The notes under the pieces were generated by a model, which did not search any database, had not been told where the DNA came from, and saw nothing but the letters and a program-made list of their open reading frames with translations. From the NCBI GenBank assembly GCA_049414405.1, contig JBMSAQ010000026.1, positions 4,293 through 36,292 of the forward strand: a stretch of 32,000 nt of DNA, in the 5' to 3' direction. Shown here one piece after another: positions 25,301-32,000 of the stretch (position 1 is its first letter; each line of letters opens with the position of its first letter). Origin of the DNA: Candidatus Nanopusillus sp. (GTDB taxonomy: Archaea > Nanobdellota > Nanobdellia > Nanobdellales > Nanobdellaceae). The position numbers were made by a program, and so were the translations under genes.

Positions 25301-26217
25301 GGGGTAAATTCGATAAATATGATCAAACAACATATAAAGATGGTAAATTACCTGTAGAAGGATATTATCATAGAGAGTTATGGACATTAGATTGGGAATA
25401 TTTGAAAGAACAAATAATGAAATATGGAATAAGAAATATTGAAGTTACTTCAATTGCCCCTACAGGTTCTATATCAATGTTAGCGGATACATCTTCAGGT
25501 ATTGAACCACAATATTCTTTAGTATATGAAAAAAGAGTAACTGCTGGTATATATTTTTATGTAGATCCAGAATTAGAAAGGCAATTGAGAGAAAGAGGAC
25601 TATATAATAATGATATATTAAAGAAAATATCTGATAATGGTGGAAGTTTATTGGGAATAAAAGAGATCCCAGATGATTTGAAAGCAATATTCTTAACAGC
25701 ATTAGATATGCCATGGTGGGATCATATAAGAGCACAGGCAGTTGCTCAAATATGGATAACTACATCAATATCAAAGACAATAAATATGCCAAATTGGGTT
25801 CAGCCAGATGACGTATATTATTCATACTTATTAGCATATAAGATGGGATGTAAAGGAATTACAATATATAGAGATGGATCAAAATCTGTACAAGTATATG
25901 TAGCTCCTGCTGAAGCAAGTAAGGCAAGATTTGCAGATTACTTTAGACTAATTAGAGAAGGAAAAATAAATAATAAAACAGTTGAAATATTAAAACAATA
26001 TGGAATAAAGTTACCAAACTGGTATTATGAATTAAATAACAACGTTGAGATACCAAAAGTAAAATTGAATGTAAACATTAATAATACATTAAGGGTTGAA
26101 GAAAATGGAAATAATAAAATTGAGAAATGTCCTGTATGTGGATCTATGAGGTTAAAACATCAAGCAGGTTGTATTACATGTATAGATTGTGGATGGTCGG
26201 AATGTATAATTGCTTAA
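22315..26217 (+). CDS. nrdJ: Ribonucleotide reductase, class II (B12-dependent) type, with N-terminal ATP-cone, one intein and a C-terminal Cys4 zinc ribbon
   Basis: ATP-cone [35 protein letters not shown]. Active-site TNP-[intein][19 protein letters not shown]. [23 protein letters not shown]-terminal CPVCGS...CITCIDCG. The class II call rests on the archaeal-type layout and Zn-ribbon tail (inference). Confidence 0.9.
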   Translation: MSDERFIKEVFRGKKEEEIVLGQKNHKIKKVIKRDGRIVDFDPERIKYAIERAMKAVGAYDKEKLEKIVDYIIKVLEEKYDDIKYPTVEEIQDIVELSLLKFDLYDVAKAYISYRKEKEKIREEKKNLLGKFYEEEVAKRFSVNSIRLMVNRYLLRNENKELIEGPKQMFERVAALIIIPDLLYDERIYDKEGKQRIHPKEEFDFVKNENKYGLPIKDPKFKWNRYHLERMKYLYDYLNERGHMKVSWSEFIKMLENGEFDKYYENFYQYYDLMASKRFMPNSPTLFNAGAVLGQLSACFVLDIDDDMESIMKSATEAALIFKSGGGIGINYSKLRPEGDVVASTGGIASGPVSFMKIIDTITDVVKQGGKRRGANMGILESWHPEIFKFIHLKEKEGVLENFNISIMFEPTFWEYFENKKEYPLINPRLLRRYNLPFPGDPNFDINKVPKEAIVGYVNPERILQEASYVAWEKGDPGCLFMDNINRRNVQYKYRGPIRATNPCVTGDTRILTPYGLLRAETLLYLNNENGSDINNIELLVDGEGEILYTTVHGKTLSVSSPILVDAKVWKVGFKPTVKLILENGMEIEVTEDHKILTKDGWIEAKYAEGKEVKIARIDIDKLENYGLKEIDGIKLDRELGFLLGWLVGDGYVGEKVFFYFNTKTEKEVSEYVKKLLEKKFGVNVSRFERNNEIWIYVGKKEVVEIFKKLMRRKTSLPEIVFLANSEFVKGFLSGLFSADGYFDKDRAIRLISSNKDLLKETQLLLTLFGIFSKIYERPYKRKFEYITVNGERKEYETRGYFELIIKNYSRKIFEEKIKLIDYKNKKLPDGLKKTKIDDNYVKILRVEYVGEKLVYDFSVPGFNRYISNGIISHNCGEQPLYPYESCNLGSINLYALVEFKDGKVEFNWNKYIETIKWAYKFLDNVIDVNKYPIKEIEEASKAVRRIGLGFMGLADMLYALGIPYTSEEGYKLLMKITEYLTYYSMLESVERAKTRGKFDKYDQTTYKDGKLPVEGYYHRELWTLDWEYLKEQIMKYGIRNIEVTSIAPTGSISMLADTSSGIEPQYSLVYEKRVTAGIYFYVDPELERQLRERGLYNNDILKKISDNGGSLLGIKEIPDDLKAIFLTALDMPWWDHIRAQAVAQIWITTSISKTINMPNWVQPDDVYYSYLLAYKMGCKGITIYRDGSKSVQVYVAPAEASKARFADYFRLIREGKINNKTVEILKQYGIKLPNWYYELNNNVEIPKVKLNVNINNTLRVEENGNNKIEKCPVCGSMRLKHQAGCITCIDCGWSECIIA
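23824..24939 (+). mobile_element. Intein (372 aa) with LAGLIDADG homing-endonuclease domain, inserted in the RNR active-site NPCGE motif
   Basis: Starts with Cys ([13 protein letters not shown], block A). Block [14 protein letters not shown]. Two LAGLIDADG motifs, [14 protein letters not shown] and [12 protein letters not shown]. Blocks [12 protein letters not shown]...NGIISHN, followed by the +1 Cys (CGEQ). In frame: 1116 nt. Confidence 0.9.
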
Positions 26218-26243
26218 TTTTTTATATTTAGTTTAAATAAGAA

Positions 26244-26315
26244 TGGACCCGCCGGGATTTGAACCCGGGATCTCCGGCTTGCAAGGCCGGCATCCTACGA
26301 CTAGACTACGGGCCC
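26244..26315 (-). tRNA. tRNA-Ala (UGC)
   Basis: Manual cloverleaf, 72 nt: GGGCCCG-UA-GUCU-AGUCGUA-GGAU-G-CCGGC-CUUGCAA-GCCGG-AGAUC-CCGGG-UUCAAAU-CCCGG-CGGGUCC-A. The G3:U70 identity pair is present. Confidence 0.9.
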
Positions 26316-26502
26316 GATTATTAAATCTCTTAATATTTATACATATAAATTTGTTTTTGGATATATAATAGACATTTTCTATATAGTGAAATAAAAATCA
26401 ACTATAATTGATTTTTATGATATTCTAATAAATAAAAATGGCAATATTATAATTAAAGAATACATAAATAACATGAATTATAATCTATATATAAAAATTT
26501 TA

Positions 26503-27096
26503 CTATTTATTTAACTTATTTTCCTTTAATTTATTTAAAAATTCTGCAAATTTTTTAGCAGATTCTCCCAATAATCCTTCTTCATTATTTATTATTTCTA
26601 CTATTGTACCATGTTCAAACATAAATATTGTAGTGAAGTATATTGTTAAATTTTGTTGAATTTCAATTCTTTTTAAATTTTCTATATCTCTTCCTCTTAT
26701 TTGTATATCTCTTAATCTTCTAACAAAAATTTTATCAGGATCTGATATCATTACGATAATTCCATCCGGTCTTAAAATTTCTGAATATTCTCTTAACATA
26801 CCCGGAATATATCCTTCATATGATTCTATTACTAAATGAGTATCTAATATTATGTCATTTTCTTTTTCCATTTCTTTTATTCTTTTAATAGCTTCTCTTT
26901 GTAGTTCTTTTTGTTGTTCAAAAGTTAATTTCTTCCTTATTTCATCTCTATTATTTATATTATATTTTTCTTTTGCCAATTCAAACATAATATCTCCTGT
27001 ATTTACAACTTTAAATTCATATTTTAAGTATTTTTTAGCTTCATTAATCACCGAAGTTTTTCCAACACCAGGTACCCCAACAACTAATATTATCAT
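26503..27096 (-). CDS. adkA: Adenylate kinase, archaeal type
   Basis: MIILVVGVPGVGKTSV P-loop, ~195-aa length and overall pattern (VNTGDIMFE...RDEIRKL...LDTHLVIE...GYIPG) of archaeal AdkA. Confidence 0.85.
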   Translation of the reverse strand: MIILVVGVPGVGKTSVINEAKKYLKYEFKVVNTGDIMFELAKEKYNINNRDEIRKKLTFEQQKELQREAIKRIKEMEKENDIILDTHLVIESYEGYIPGMLREYSEILRPDGIIVMISDPDKIFVRRLRDIQIRGRDIENLKRIEIQQNLTIYFTTIFMFEHGTIVEIINNEEGLLGESAKKFAEFLNKLKENKLNK

Positions 27097-27239
27097 AAAC
27101 TAAATAACTATAAAGAAAAAATAAAAATTTTTGTTATAAAAAATATATTGGCTGCTAAAAATATTTAGAACAGTCTATTAAAGAATTATTTAATACTCAT
27201 AGATTGTTTTTATCCTTTTATTTGATAATGTTAAAAAAT

Positions 27240-28346
27240 CTAATCAATGTAAATTGAAGGCATTGCACCATTTGGAGGATATGCCCTAGCAATTACCCAT
27301 TGTACGTATTGATATGAATAAGCACCACTAGTTCCAGCACTTATTTGTAATGTACCATATTGGAATGGATTATAATTTAAATCAGACCATACATATCCAT
27401 CCCAATTTATCTTATATGTATTTAATAATGTTAAAGGTATCCATGCATAACCATAATAACTATATATATAATATCCTGCTTCTGCATATGTTGAATTAAC
27501 TATTAAATATGAATAAACAGTTCTTCCATATGGTGAGAAATACACATAATATAAATATTGGTTAGTTACTGCAGATTTTAACATAGCCGCTTTACTATCG
27601 GGTGGATCAGATCCATAATAATACTCAAATTGCACAAATGTAGATAAATTGGGTGCGGGTGTAGCACCACCATAAGTAGATCCAATCGTACCAGCTAAAA
27701 GTTGCTGGCTCATATTTCCAAACAATGCTATTACATTTGCATCCGCGCCCTTAGTATGATACCAAGCTTCTTCAACAATTAAAGGTATTAAAGGTATATT
27801 CCAATTATTTGGAGGTAAAATATATCTACCTTGATAAGTTTGATCGGCTAACATTTCAATACCATACGGAGTTGCTGTAGGAGACCCTAATCCCGCATAA
27901 ACATATCCAGTCCATCCATCAAATGTATTGTTAAAATATCCATATGCTATGAATACATATTTTCCATTATCATATTGTCTAGATGGAAATACATTTGGAG
28001 AAGCACCAACATATGGATAATATTGTTGATAAAAATTTGAAGAATTATCCCCTATATACATGTATATAGTTACATTACTATTTGCAGGAATACCATTATC
28101 TAATTTTATCCACCAAATCTTACAATATGTACTTCTATTTACTAATTGACCTAAATACCATGAATATATGTCTGGAGTACTATTACAGGTTGTAGTAAAA
28201 TATACATTAGACCCATTTCTATTAATTAAATTAAATAATGTTGGATTATTTACATAAGCAAAATTAGGACCAATATTTATTGTTCCGTTACATATTGCTA
28301 TTTGTTGTTGGAATGGGGATGGTGCAGGAATATTTTGGGTATTATA
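27240..28346. repeat. Dispersed direct repeat, copy B (partner 15685..16851)
   Basis: Same as copy A. Same orientation, about 11.5 kb apart. About 60 nt shorter, mainly because copy A carries a Gly/Thr/Cys-rich insertion. Confidence 0.85.
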
Positions 28347-28631
28347 TATTGTAATTGGAATATATTGATTATATCCTATATTAATATAACTGGAATAATT
28401 GGAATAATTATTTAAATAATTGTTAGAAGTATTTTGATAATTATTAGCACTTGTAGTATTAGAACTTATAATAGTATGTGTTGTAAGATTTTGATAGTTA
28501 TTAGAACTGGTAATATTTGTTGAACTGTTTGTTAAATTTGGCTTATTAAAAAACATATTATATCCAAAATATATACCAACTATTGCAACTATAATTATTA
28601 AAATTATTATTAATAAAGCATTAGATTTCAT
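27240..28631 (-). CDS. Large surface (glyco)protein, paralog B: signal-anchor plus Asn/Ser/Thr/Tyr stalk plus the domain shared with 15685..17382
   Basis: MKSNALLIIILIIIVAIVGIYFGY anchor. Residues ~30-90 are almost only N/S/T/Y/Q. From YNTQNIPAPSPFQQQIAICNG (residue 96) to ...ARAYPPNGAMPSIYID it is collinear with paralog A. About 17 sequons by hand count. Confidence 0.7.
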   Translation of the reverse strand: MKSNALLIIILIIIVAIVGIYFGYNMFFNKPNLTNSSTNITSSNNYQNLTTHTIISSNTTSANNYQNTSNNYLNNYSNYSSYINIGYNQYIPITIYNTQNIPAPSPFQQQIAICNGTINIGPNFAYVNNPTLFNLINRNGSNVYFTTTCNSTPDIYSWYLGQLVNRSTYCKIWWIKLDNGIPANSNVTIYMYIGDNSSNFYQQYYPYVGASPNVFPSRQYDNGKYVFIAYGYFNNTFDGWTGYVYAGLGSPTATPYGIEMLADQTYQGRYILPPNNWNIPLIPLIVEEAWYHTKGADANVIALFGNMSQQLLAGTIGSTYGGATPAPNLSTFVQFEYYYGSDPPDSKAAMLKSAVTNQYLYYVYFSPYGRTVYSYLIVNSTYAEAGYYIYSYYGYAWIPLTLLNTYKINWDGYVWSDLNYNPFQYGTLQISAGTSGAYSYQYVQWVIARAYPPNGAMPSIYID

Positions 28632-28750
28632 ACTTAATATCGACTTTCTAAAAATTTAAAAATATTTTTATATGATGAATAAAACTTTAAAATAAAAATA
28701 ATTAAAGTACTCGTTTTCCAATACTTACAACTACAAAGATATATTTTTAA

Positions 28751-28834
28751 TGCGGCGGAGGGGATTTGAACCCCTGACGGATCTACTCCACTGGGTCTTG
28801 AGCCCAGCCCCTTTGGCCTCTCGGGCACCGCCGC
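28751..28834 (-). tRNA. tRNA-Leu (CAA), class II
   Basis: Manual cloverleaf, 84 nt: GCGGCGG-UG-CCC-GAGAGGCCAAA-GGG-G-CUGGG-CUCAAGA-CCCAG-UGGAGUAGAUCCGUC-AGGGG-UUCAAAU-CCCCU-CCGCCGC-A. Confidence 0.9.
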
Positions 28835-28874
28835 TTAATAATTATATTTTAGAAATTTTAATAATTTAAATAAT

Positions 28875-29819
28875 ATGGATAAAGGGGTATTTATTATATT
28901 AGATGGATTAGGCGATAATTTAATTAAGGAGTTAAGATATAGAACTCCTTTAGAAGATGCTGAAAAACCAAATATTGATAAATTGGTAAGATATTCTGAA
29001 TGTGGATTACTATATACAAAAGAAAGAGGACATGTTCCAAGATGTATTGAATCAAATTTATCTTTATTAGGTTATGATTTTAAATATAATGAAATAATAT
29101 TTAAAGCATTAATATATAAAGAATTGAAAGAAAATCAGTTTTTAATTGAAATAGAATCAAAAGAAGAACCAAAAATAGAAGGAGAACATGATATGATAAA
29201 ACATAAAGATAATGATTATATTTTAATTTTCGATAATTATGATAAAGAAATAATTGAAAAATTAAAGAAATATAAGATAAAAAATAAAACCATATATAAA
29301 GGTTTAAATAAAAAAGATTTATTTGAAAATAAATATAAAGTAAAAGCATTATATTTATCATCAAGTTTTATTCATTTATCCATAGCAAAATATTTGAAAA
29401 TTGATTATGAAAAACCATTGGGAACTACTGGAAAGAGTAATGAAAATTTATTTTCATTTTCAGAATATGCAATAACAAGTAGAAATAAATACGACATAAT
29501 ATTTATTCATATAAGAGCTCCAGATATTTTATCTCACTTAAAAAACCCATTTAGAAAGAAAAAAATAATTGAAGAAATTGATGAATATTTAGTAAAAAGA
29601 ATAAAGGAATATTTTGATGCAATACTAATTACTGGAGATCATTCTACATCATCAATTAAAGGAAGGCATATTTCAGATCCTGTACCGGTTATGATATATT
29701 CAAAATATTCAAGATATGGTTTCGTAAAAAATTTCTCTGAAAGAAAATGTGTAAAAGGAACTTTGGGAATATTAAATTCGAAAGATATTATAAAAATATT
29801 TGTTGATAAATTAAAATGA
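28875..29819 (+). CDS. ApgM-like metalloenzyme (alkaline-phosphatase superfamily; short, divergent cofactor-independent phosphoglycerate mutase homolog)
   Basis: FIILDGLGD, RTPLEDAEKPNIDKL, LSLLGYD, IFIHIRAPDILSH, LITGDHSTS and DPVPVMIYS follow the archaeal ApgM block order. It is only 314 aa, versus roughly 400+ for typical ApgM from memory. Confidence 0.6.
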   Translation: MDKGVFIILDGLGDNLIKELRYRTPLEDAEKPNIDKLVRYSECGLLYTKERGHVPRCIESNLSLLGYDFKYNEIIFKALIYKELKENQFLIEIESKEEPKIEGEHDMIKHKDNDYILIFDNYDKEIIEKLKKYKIKNKTIYKGLNKKDLFENKYKVKALYLSSSFIHLSIAKYLKIDYEKPLGTTGKSNENLFSFSEYAITSRNKYDIIFIHIRAPDILSHLKNPFRKKKIIEEIDEYLVKRIKEYFDAILITGDHSTSSIKGRHISDPVPVMIYSKYSRYGFVKNFSERKCVKGTLGILNSKDIIKIFVDKLK

Positions 29820-30497
29820 TTATTGAACTTGTTTAGCTAACTTTTCTAATAAAGAAGGATCTATTTTTTCTAATTTTTCTGGTTTTATTTCTGATAAGTC
29901 CTTTATTTTTATCCTATCAGGTAATTTATCTGTTGGTTTTAATATCCTAACCTGTACTCCAATCACTCCAGAAGGTAATTTAGCATGTCTTACGCTTTTT
30001 CCAATTATTTTATTTAATTCTCCAGATTTTTTAATATATCCTTTTTGTTCTCTTATTGTAGATGTTCTGTCTCCAATTATTTTTCCAGTAACTCTCACTT
30101 CAATACCTAAAGCGCCGGCTTGCATTACTTGTTCCATTACTCTTTGCATTATTCTTCTTATTGCTCTATTTCCATACCTCTCTATTTGAGATGCAATTAA
30201 ATCTGCAATAATTTCAGAATCTAATAATGGATTTTCTACTCCAACAGCTTCGATGATTAGTTCTTTAACATTTGCAATATTTTCCACAATTTTCTTAATT
30301 TCATCTAAATTTTCGTTTGCCCTTCCCAGAACCAATCTGGGTCTTGCACAGTATATAACAACTTTTGTACCCATTGAAATTTTAAAATATTCGACTCTAC
30401 TAATTAATTTACCTTTAAATCTATTTTTTAAAGTTCTATCTAAAATTGCTTGTATTTTTTGTTCTTTTAAAAGTTCTTCTATATTTTTCGACGCCAT
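29820..30497 (-). CDS. rps3: Ribosomal protein uS3
   Basis: KH-domain N-half (VEYFKISMGTKVVIYCARPRLVLGRANENLDEI) and C-half (QAGALGIEVRVTGKIIGDRTSTIREQKGYI...GVIGVQVRI), typical of uS3. Confidence 0.9.
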   Translation of the reverse strand: MASKNIEELLKEQKIQAILDRTLKNRFKGKLISRVEYFKISMGTKVVIYCARPRLVLGRANENLDEIKKIVENIANVKELIIEAVGVENPLLDSEIIADLIASQIERYGNRAIRRIMQRVMEQVMQAGALGIEVRVTGKIIGDRTSTIREQKGYIKKSGELNKIIGKSVRHAKLPSGVIGVQVRILKPTDKLPDRIKIKDLSEIKPEKLEKIDPSLLEKLAKQVQ

Positions 30498-31054
30498 TCT
30501 TCTAATATTTGTTTAATAATTTGTTTTAAGCTTTTTCTTTTCAACTTCTTAGATGTGTCTAAAGATTCTAAGTGTAATCCATATATCTTAATATGAGATA
30601 CCTTTCTATGAACAACAATTAAAGTTCTCTTTACCCCACCAGGACCTGTTTTTACTTTTACGACTCTTAATCTTCCTGGAAACTTATTTCCTTTAGAAAC
30701 ATTAACAGAAATAATTACAACTTTGTTAGGATCCAATCCCATATTTTTTGCATTGTTTTCTAAAGAATTTAATAATTTGATAAAATATTTTGAGACTTTG
30801 ATTGGATATCTTCCATATGGAACTTTTTCCATCACATTTTTATGGTGTGCTTGTTTTTTGTGGTATTTATAATATGGAACTGCAATTTTCTTTTCAATAA
30901 CCATTTCTAGATACTTTTTTGCATATGGTATTGTTAAATATTTAATAAATCTTCCAACCATTTCTGAATCTTTTCTAGATATCGGCAAATTATTAGATGA
31001 TACAGTAACAATTTTTTTGTTTTCTTTTAATAATGATATAAGTTTTGAATCCAT
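30479..31054 (-). CDS. rpl22: Ribosomal protein uL22 with a basic C-terminal tail
   Basis: LPISRKDSEMVGRFIKYLTIPYAKKYLEMVIEKKIAVPYYKY...GRYPIKVSKYFIKLLNSLENNAKNMGLDPNKVVI matches uL22. The conserved L22-S3 order is retained, with a 19-nt overlap. Confidence 0.85.
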   Translation of the reverse strand: MDSKLISLLKENKKIVTVSSNNLPISRKDSEMVGRFIKYLTIPYAKKYLEMVIEKKIAVPYYKYHKKQAHHKNVMEKVPYGRYPIKVSKYFIKLLNSLENNAKNMGLDPNKVVIISVNVSKGNKFPGRLRVVKVKTGPGGVKRTLIVVHRKVSHIKIYGLHLESLDTSKKLKRKSLKQIIKQILEEWRRKI

Positions 31055-31096
31055 TTACACATCTATATATAAAAATGTTTATAAAATATATAATAT

Positions 31097-31492
31097 ATGC
31101 TAGACAGGTTTTTTGAATTATTCGTAATTGTTTTGGTAATATTTTTTGTTACTTTATTATTGATGGAGAAGGTTTCTTATATTTATAATGTTAATGAAAA
31201 ATATCAAATTATATATAATCAATTTATGCATGGGCGGGTTTTGATTAAAGAAATAACAGAGAAATATACTGATAATATTTGTAATTTAACATCAAAAAAT
31301 TTTGATCCAGATATAATGAATAATTTAGCGAGTTTTCCATATGTAATAATATATAAAGATTTAAGTAATACTAGCCAAGAATATATTTTTAGTAATTATA
31401 ATATAACAGATATGCAAAACAATTATATAGCATTTACCAGGGTTTGTCATTATAATGGCTCATTATTTTTAGTTAGTGTATTAGTTCAATGA
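31097..31492 (+). CDS. Small N-terminally anchored, probably extracellular protein (131 aa)
   Basis: MLDRFFELFVIVLVIFFVTLLLM hydrophobic N-terminus, then an Asn/Tyr-rich region with sequons (NLT, NTS, NIT, NGS). ATGA overlap with the next ORF. Confidence 0.5.
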   Translation: MLDRFFELFVIVLVIFFVTLLLMEKVSYIYNVNEKYQIIYNQFMHGRVLIKEITEKYTDNICNLTSKNFDPDIMNNLASFPYVIIYKDLSNTSQEYIFSNYNITDMQNNYIAFTRVCHYNGSLFLVSVLVQ

Positions 31493-31833
31493 GAACCTTT
31501 AGTATAGCAATATTTATCGAATTGGCAGTTGTAATAATGGTTTTATATTTTATTCTAACTTCGACATATTATAGTAGTTTTTATATTAGAGGATATGACA
31601 AAGAAGATTTGTATGCATCATTGATATCAATAAATTATATGCATCTAAATAATACACAACAATTAAATGATAGTTTATATCAAATTGTTACAAATATTTT
31701 ACCATACTATTATGTTGAAATAAATGGACAAGTAGCATTTAACAATATAGATTTAAATGAAGCTGAACAGGGAATCATAACTTTTTATATTATTAATGGC
31801 TCAATAAATTATGTACATATATATTGGAAATGA
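31489..31833 (+). CDS. Small pilin-like/anchored protein (114 aa)
   Basis: MRTFSIAIFIELAVVIMVLYFIL (short basic N-region, Ser, then a hydrophobic stretch with Glu) resembles a class III signal/anchor. Sequons NNT, NDS, NGS. ATGA overlaps on both sides. Confidence 0.5.
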   Translation: MRTFSIAIFIELAVVIMVLYFILTSTYYSSFYIRGYDKEDLYASLISINYMHLNNTQQLNDSLYQIVTNILPYYYVEINGQVAFNNIDLNEAEQGIITFYIINGSINYVHIYWK

Positions 31834-32000
31834 GATCTCAATTTATTTTATTATATCTAATATTAATATTGTTTATGATATTGTATTTTGTTTCAAATTT
31901 GCAAAATGATTTTTATTATCAACCAAATATTGGTAAATATATTGCACAAGATTTCTATGTCAAATTATTATTGTATCCAAATTATTCTTCTATCATAAAT
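31830..32000 (+). CDS. Small anchored protein, 5' part (runs off the window end)
   Basis: ATG at 31830 overlaps the preceding TGA. MRSQFILLYLILILFMILYFVSNLQNDFYYQPNIGKY... stays open to position 32000. Not in the ORF track because it is truncated. Confidence 0.45.
   Translation, partial: MRSQFILLYLILILFMILYFVSNLQNDFYYQPNIGKYIAQDFYVKLLLYPNYSSIIN

Noticed and set aside
28668-28750. C-box-like AUGAUGA (tatATGATGAat) upstream of paralog B, possibly a C/D box sRNA
   Set aside because: No D box (CUGA) at any sensible distance on that strand before the tRNA, no C'/D' pair, and no terminal stem. In DNA this AT-rich a single heptamer is not evidence.
28634-28828. 64-aa minus-strand ORF (MPERPKGLGSRPSGVDPSGV...)
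   Set aside because: It overlaps tRNA-Leu (28751-28834) and its promoter-proximal spacer. It is an artefact of the GC-rich tRNA sequence.
374-30516. About 25 short ORFs antisense to long genes (e.g. 374..646, 3767..4237, 3865..4107, 4270..4680, 5179..5409, 6213..6452, 6597..6824, 12469..12711, 15053..15262, 17806..18036, 18444..18825, 19287..19517, 20081..20305, 20607..21426, 21981..22166, 22460..22729, 25166..25735, 26852..27103, 29101..29364, 30253..30516)
   Set aside because: Their translations are Phe/Leu/Ile/Ser-rich low complexity, as expected from reading the complement of Lys/Glu/Asn-rich AT-biased genes. Each lies entirely within a well-supported gene on the other strand.
1-32000. 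Search for CRISPR arrays, rRNA genes, split tRNA halves or tRNA introns, transposases and integrases
   Set aside because: No regularly spaced direct repeats were seen, and no GC-rich islands beyond the four tRNAs and one hairpin. All four tRNAs fold as contiguous cloverleaves. No ORF shows DDE, tyrosine or serine recombinase motifs.

Overview
Very AT-rich, extremely gene-dense archaeal chromosomal window. Supported content: about 36 protein-coding genes or gene remnants; four intron-less minus-strand tRNAs (Ser-GGA, His-GUG, Ala-UGC, Leu-CAA; GC-rich stems, no encoded CCA); one candidate H/ACA guide sRNA abutting tRNA-Ser; one LAGLIDADG intein inside a ribonucleotide reductase; and one ~1.1-kb dispersed repeat. 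Core genes: ABCE1, a COG1855 PIN/PilT-type ATPase, Rpo11, PolD small subunit and Orc1/Cdc6 form one overlapping minus-strand operon. That operon ends at the longest intergenic gap of the window (candidate oriC, positional inference). Ribosomal proteins uS14-uS8, uL18 and uL22-uS3 are scattered instead of lying in the canonical superoperon. Also present: NurA, a MEMO-family protein, Hsp20, a Nog1-like GTPase, a metallophosphoesterase, archaeal adenylate kinase and a short ApgM-like protein. Accessory or decaying content (8.5-14.4 kb): a frameshifted COG1373-type AAA+ ATPase, an ABC exporter with extra terminal domains, a VapBC pair in which both genes are broken, and an orphan 258-aa ORF. GatE is present only as its N-terminal ~270 residues. 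AT-rich coding DNA with GC-rich tRNAs, split or fragmented genes, dispersed ribosomal genes and 4-nt gene overlaps together suggest a reduced, thermophilic DPANN/Nanoarchaeota-like genome; that assignment is inference. The best candidate for something undescribed is the surface-protein set. It comprises an orphan operon of two ArlF/ArlG-like proteins plus a 565-aa sequon-dense fusion protein (15685-18315), its recently duplicated or converted paralog (27240-28631), and a run of translationally coupled small anchored proteins at the right edge (31097 to window end). No CRISPR array, rRNA, transposase or integrase was seen.
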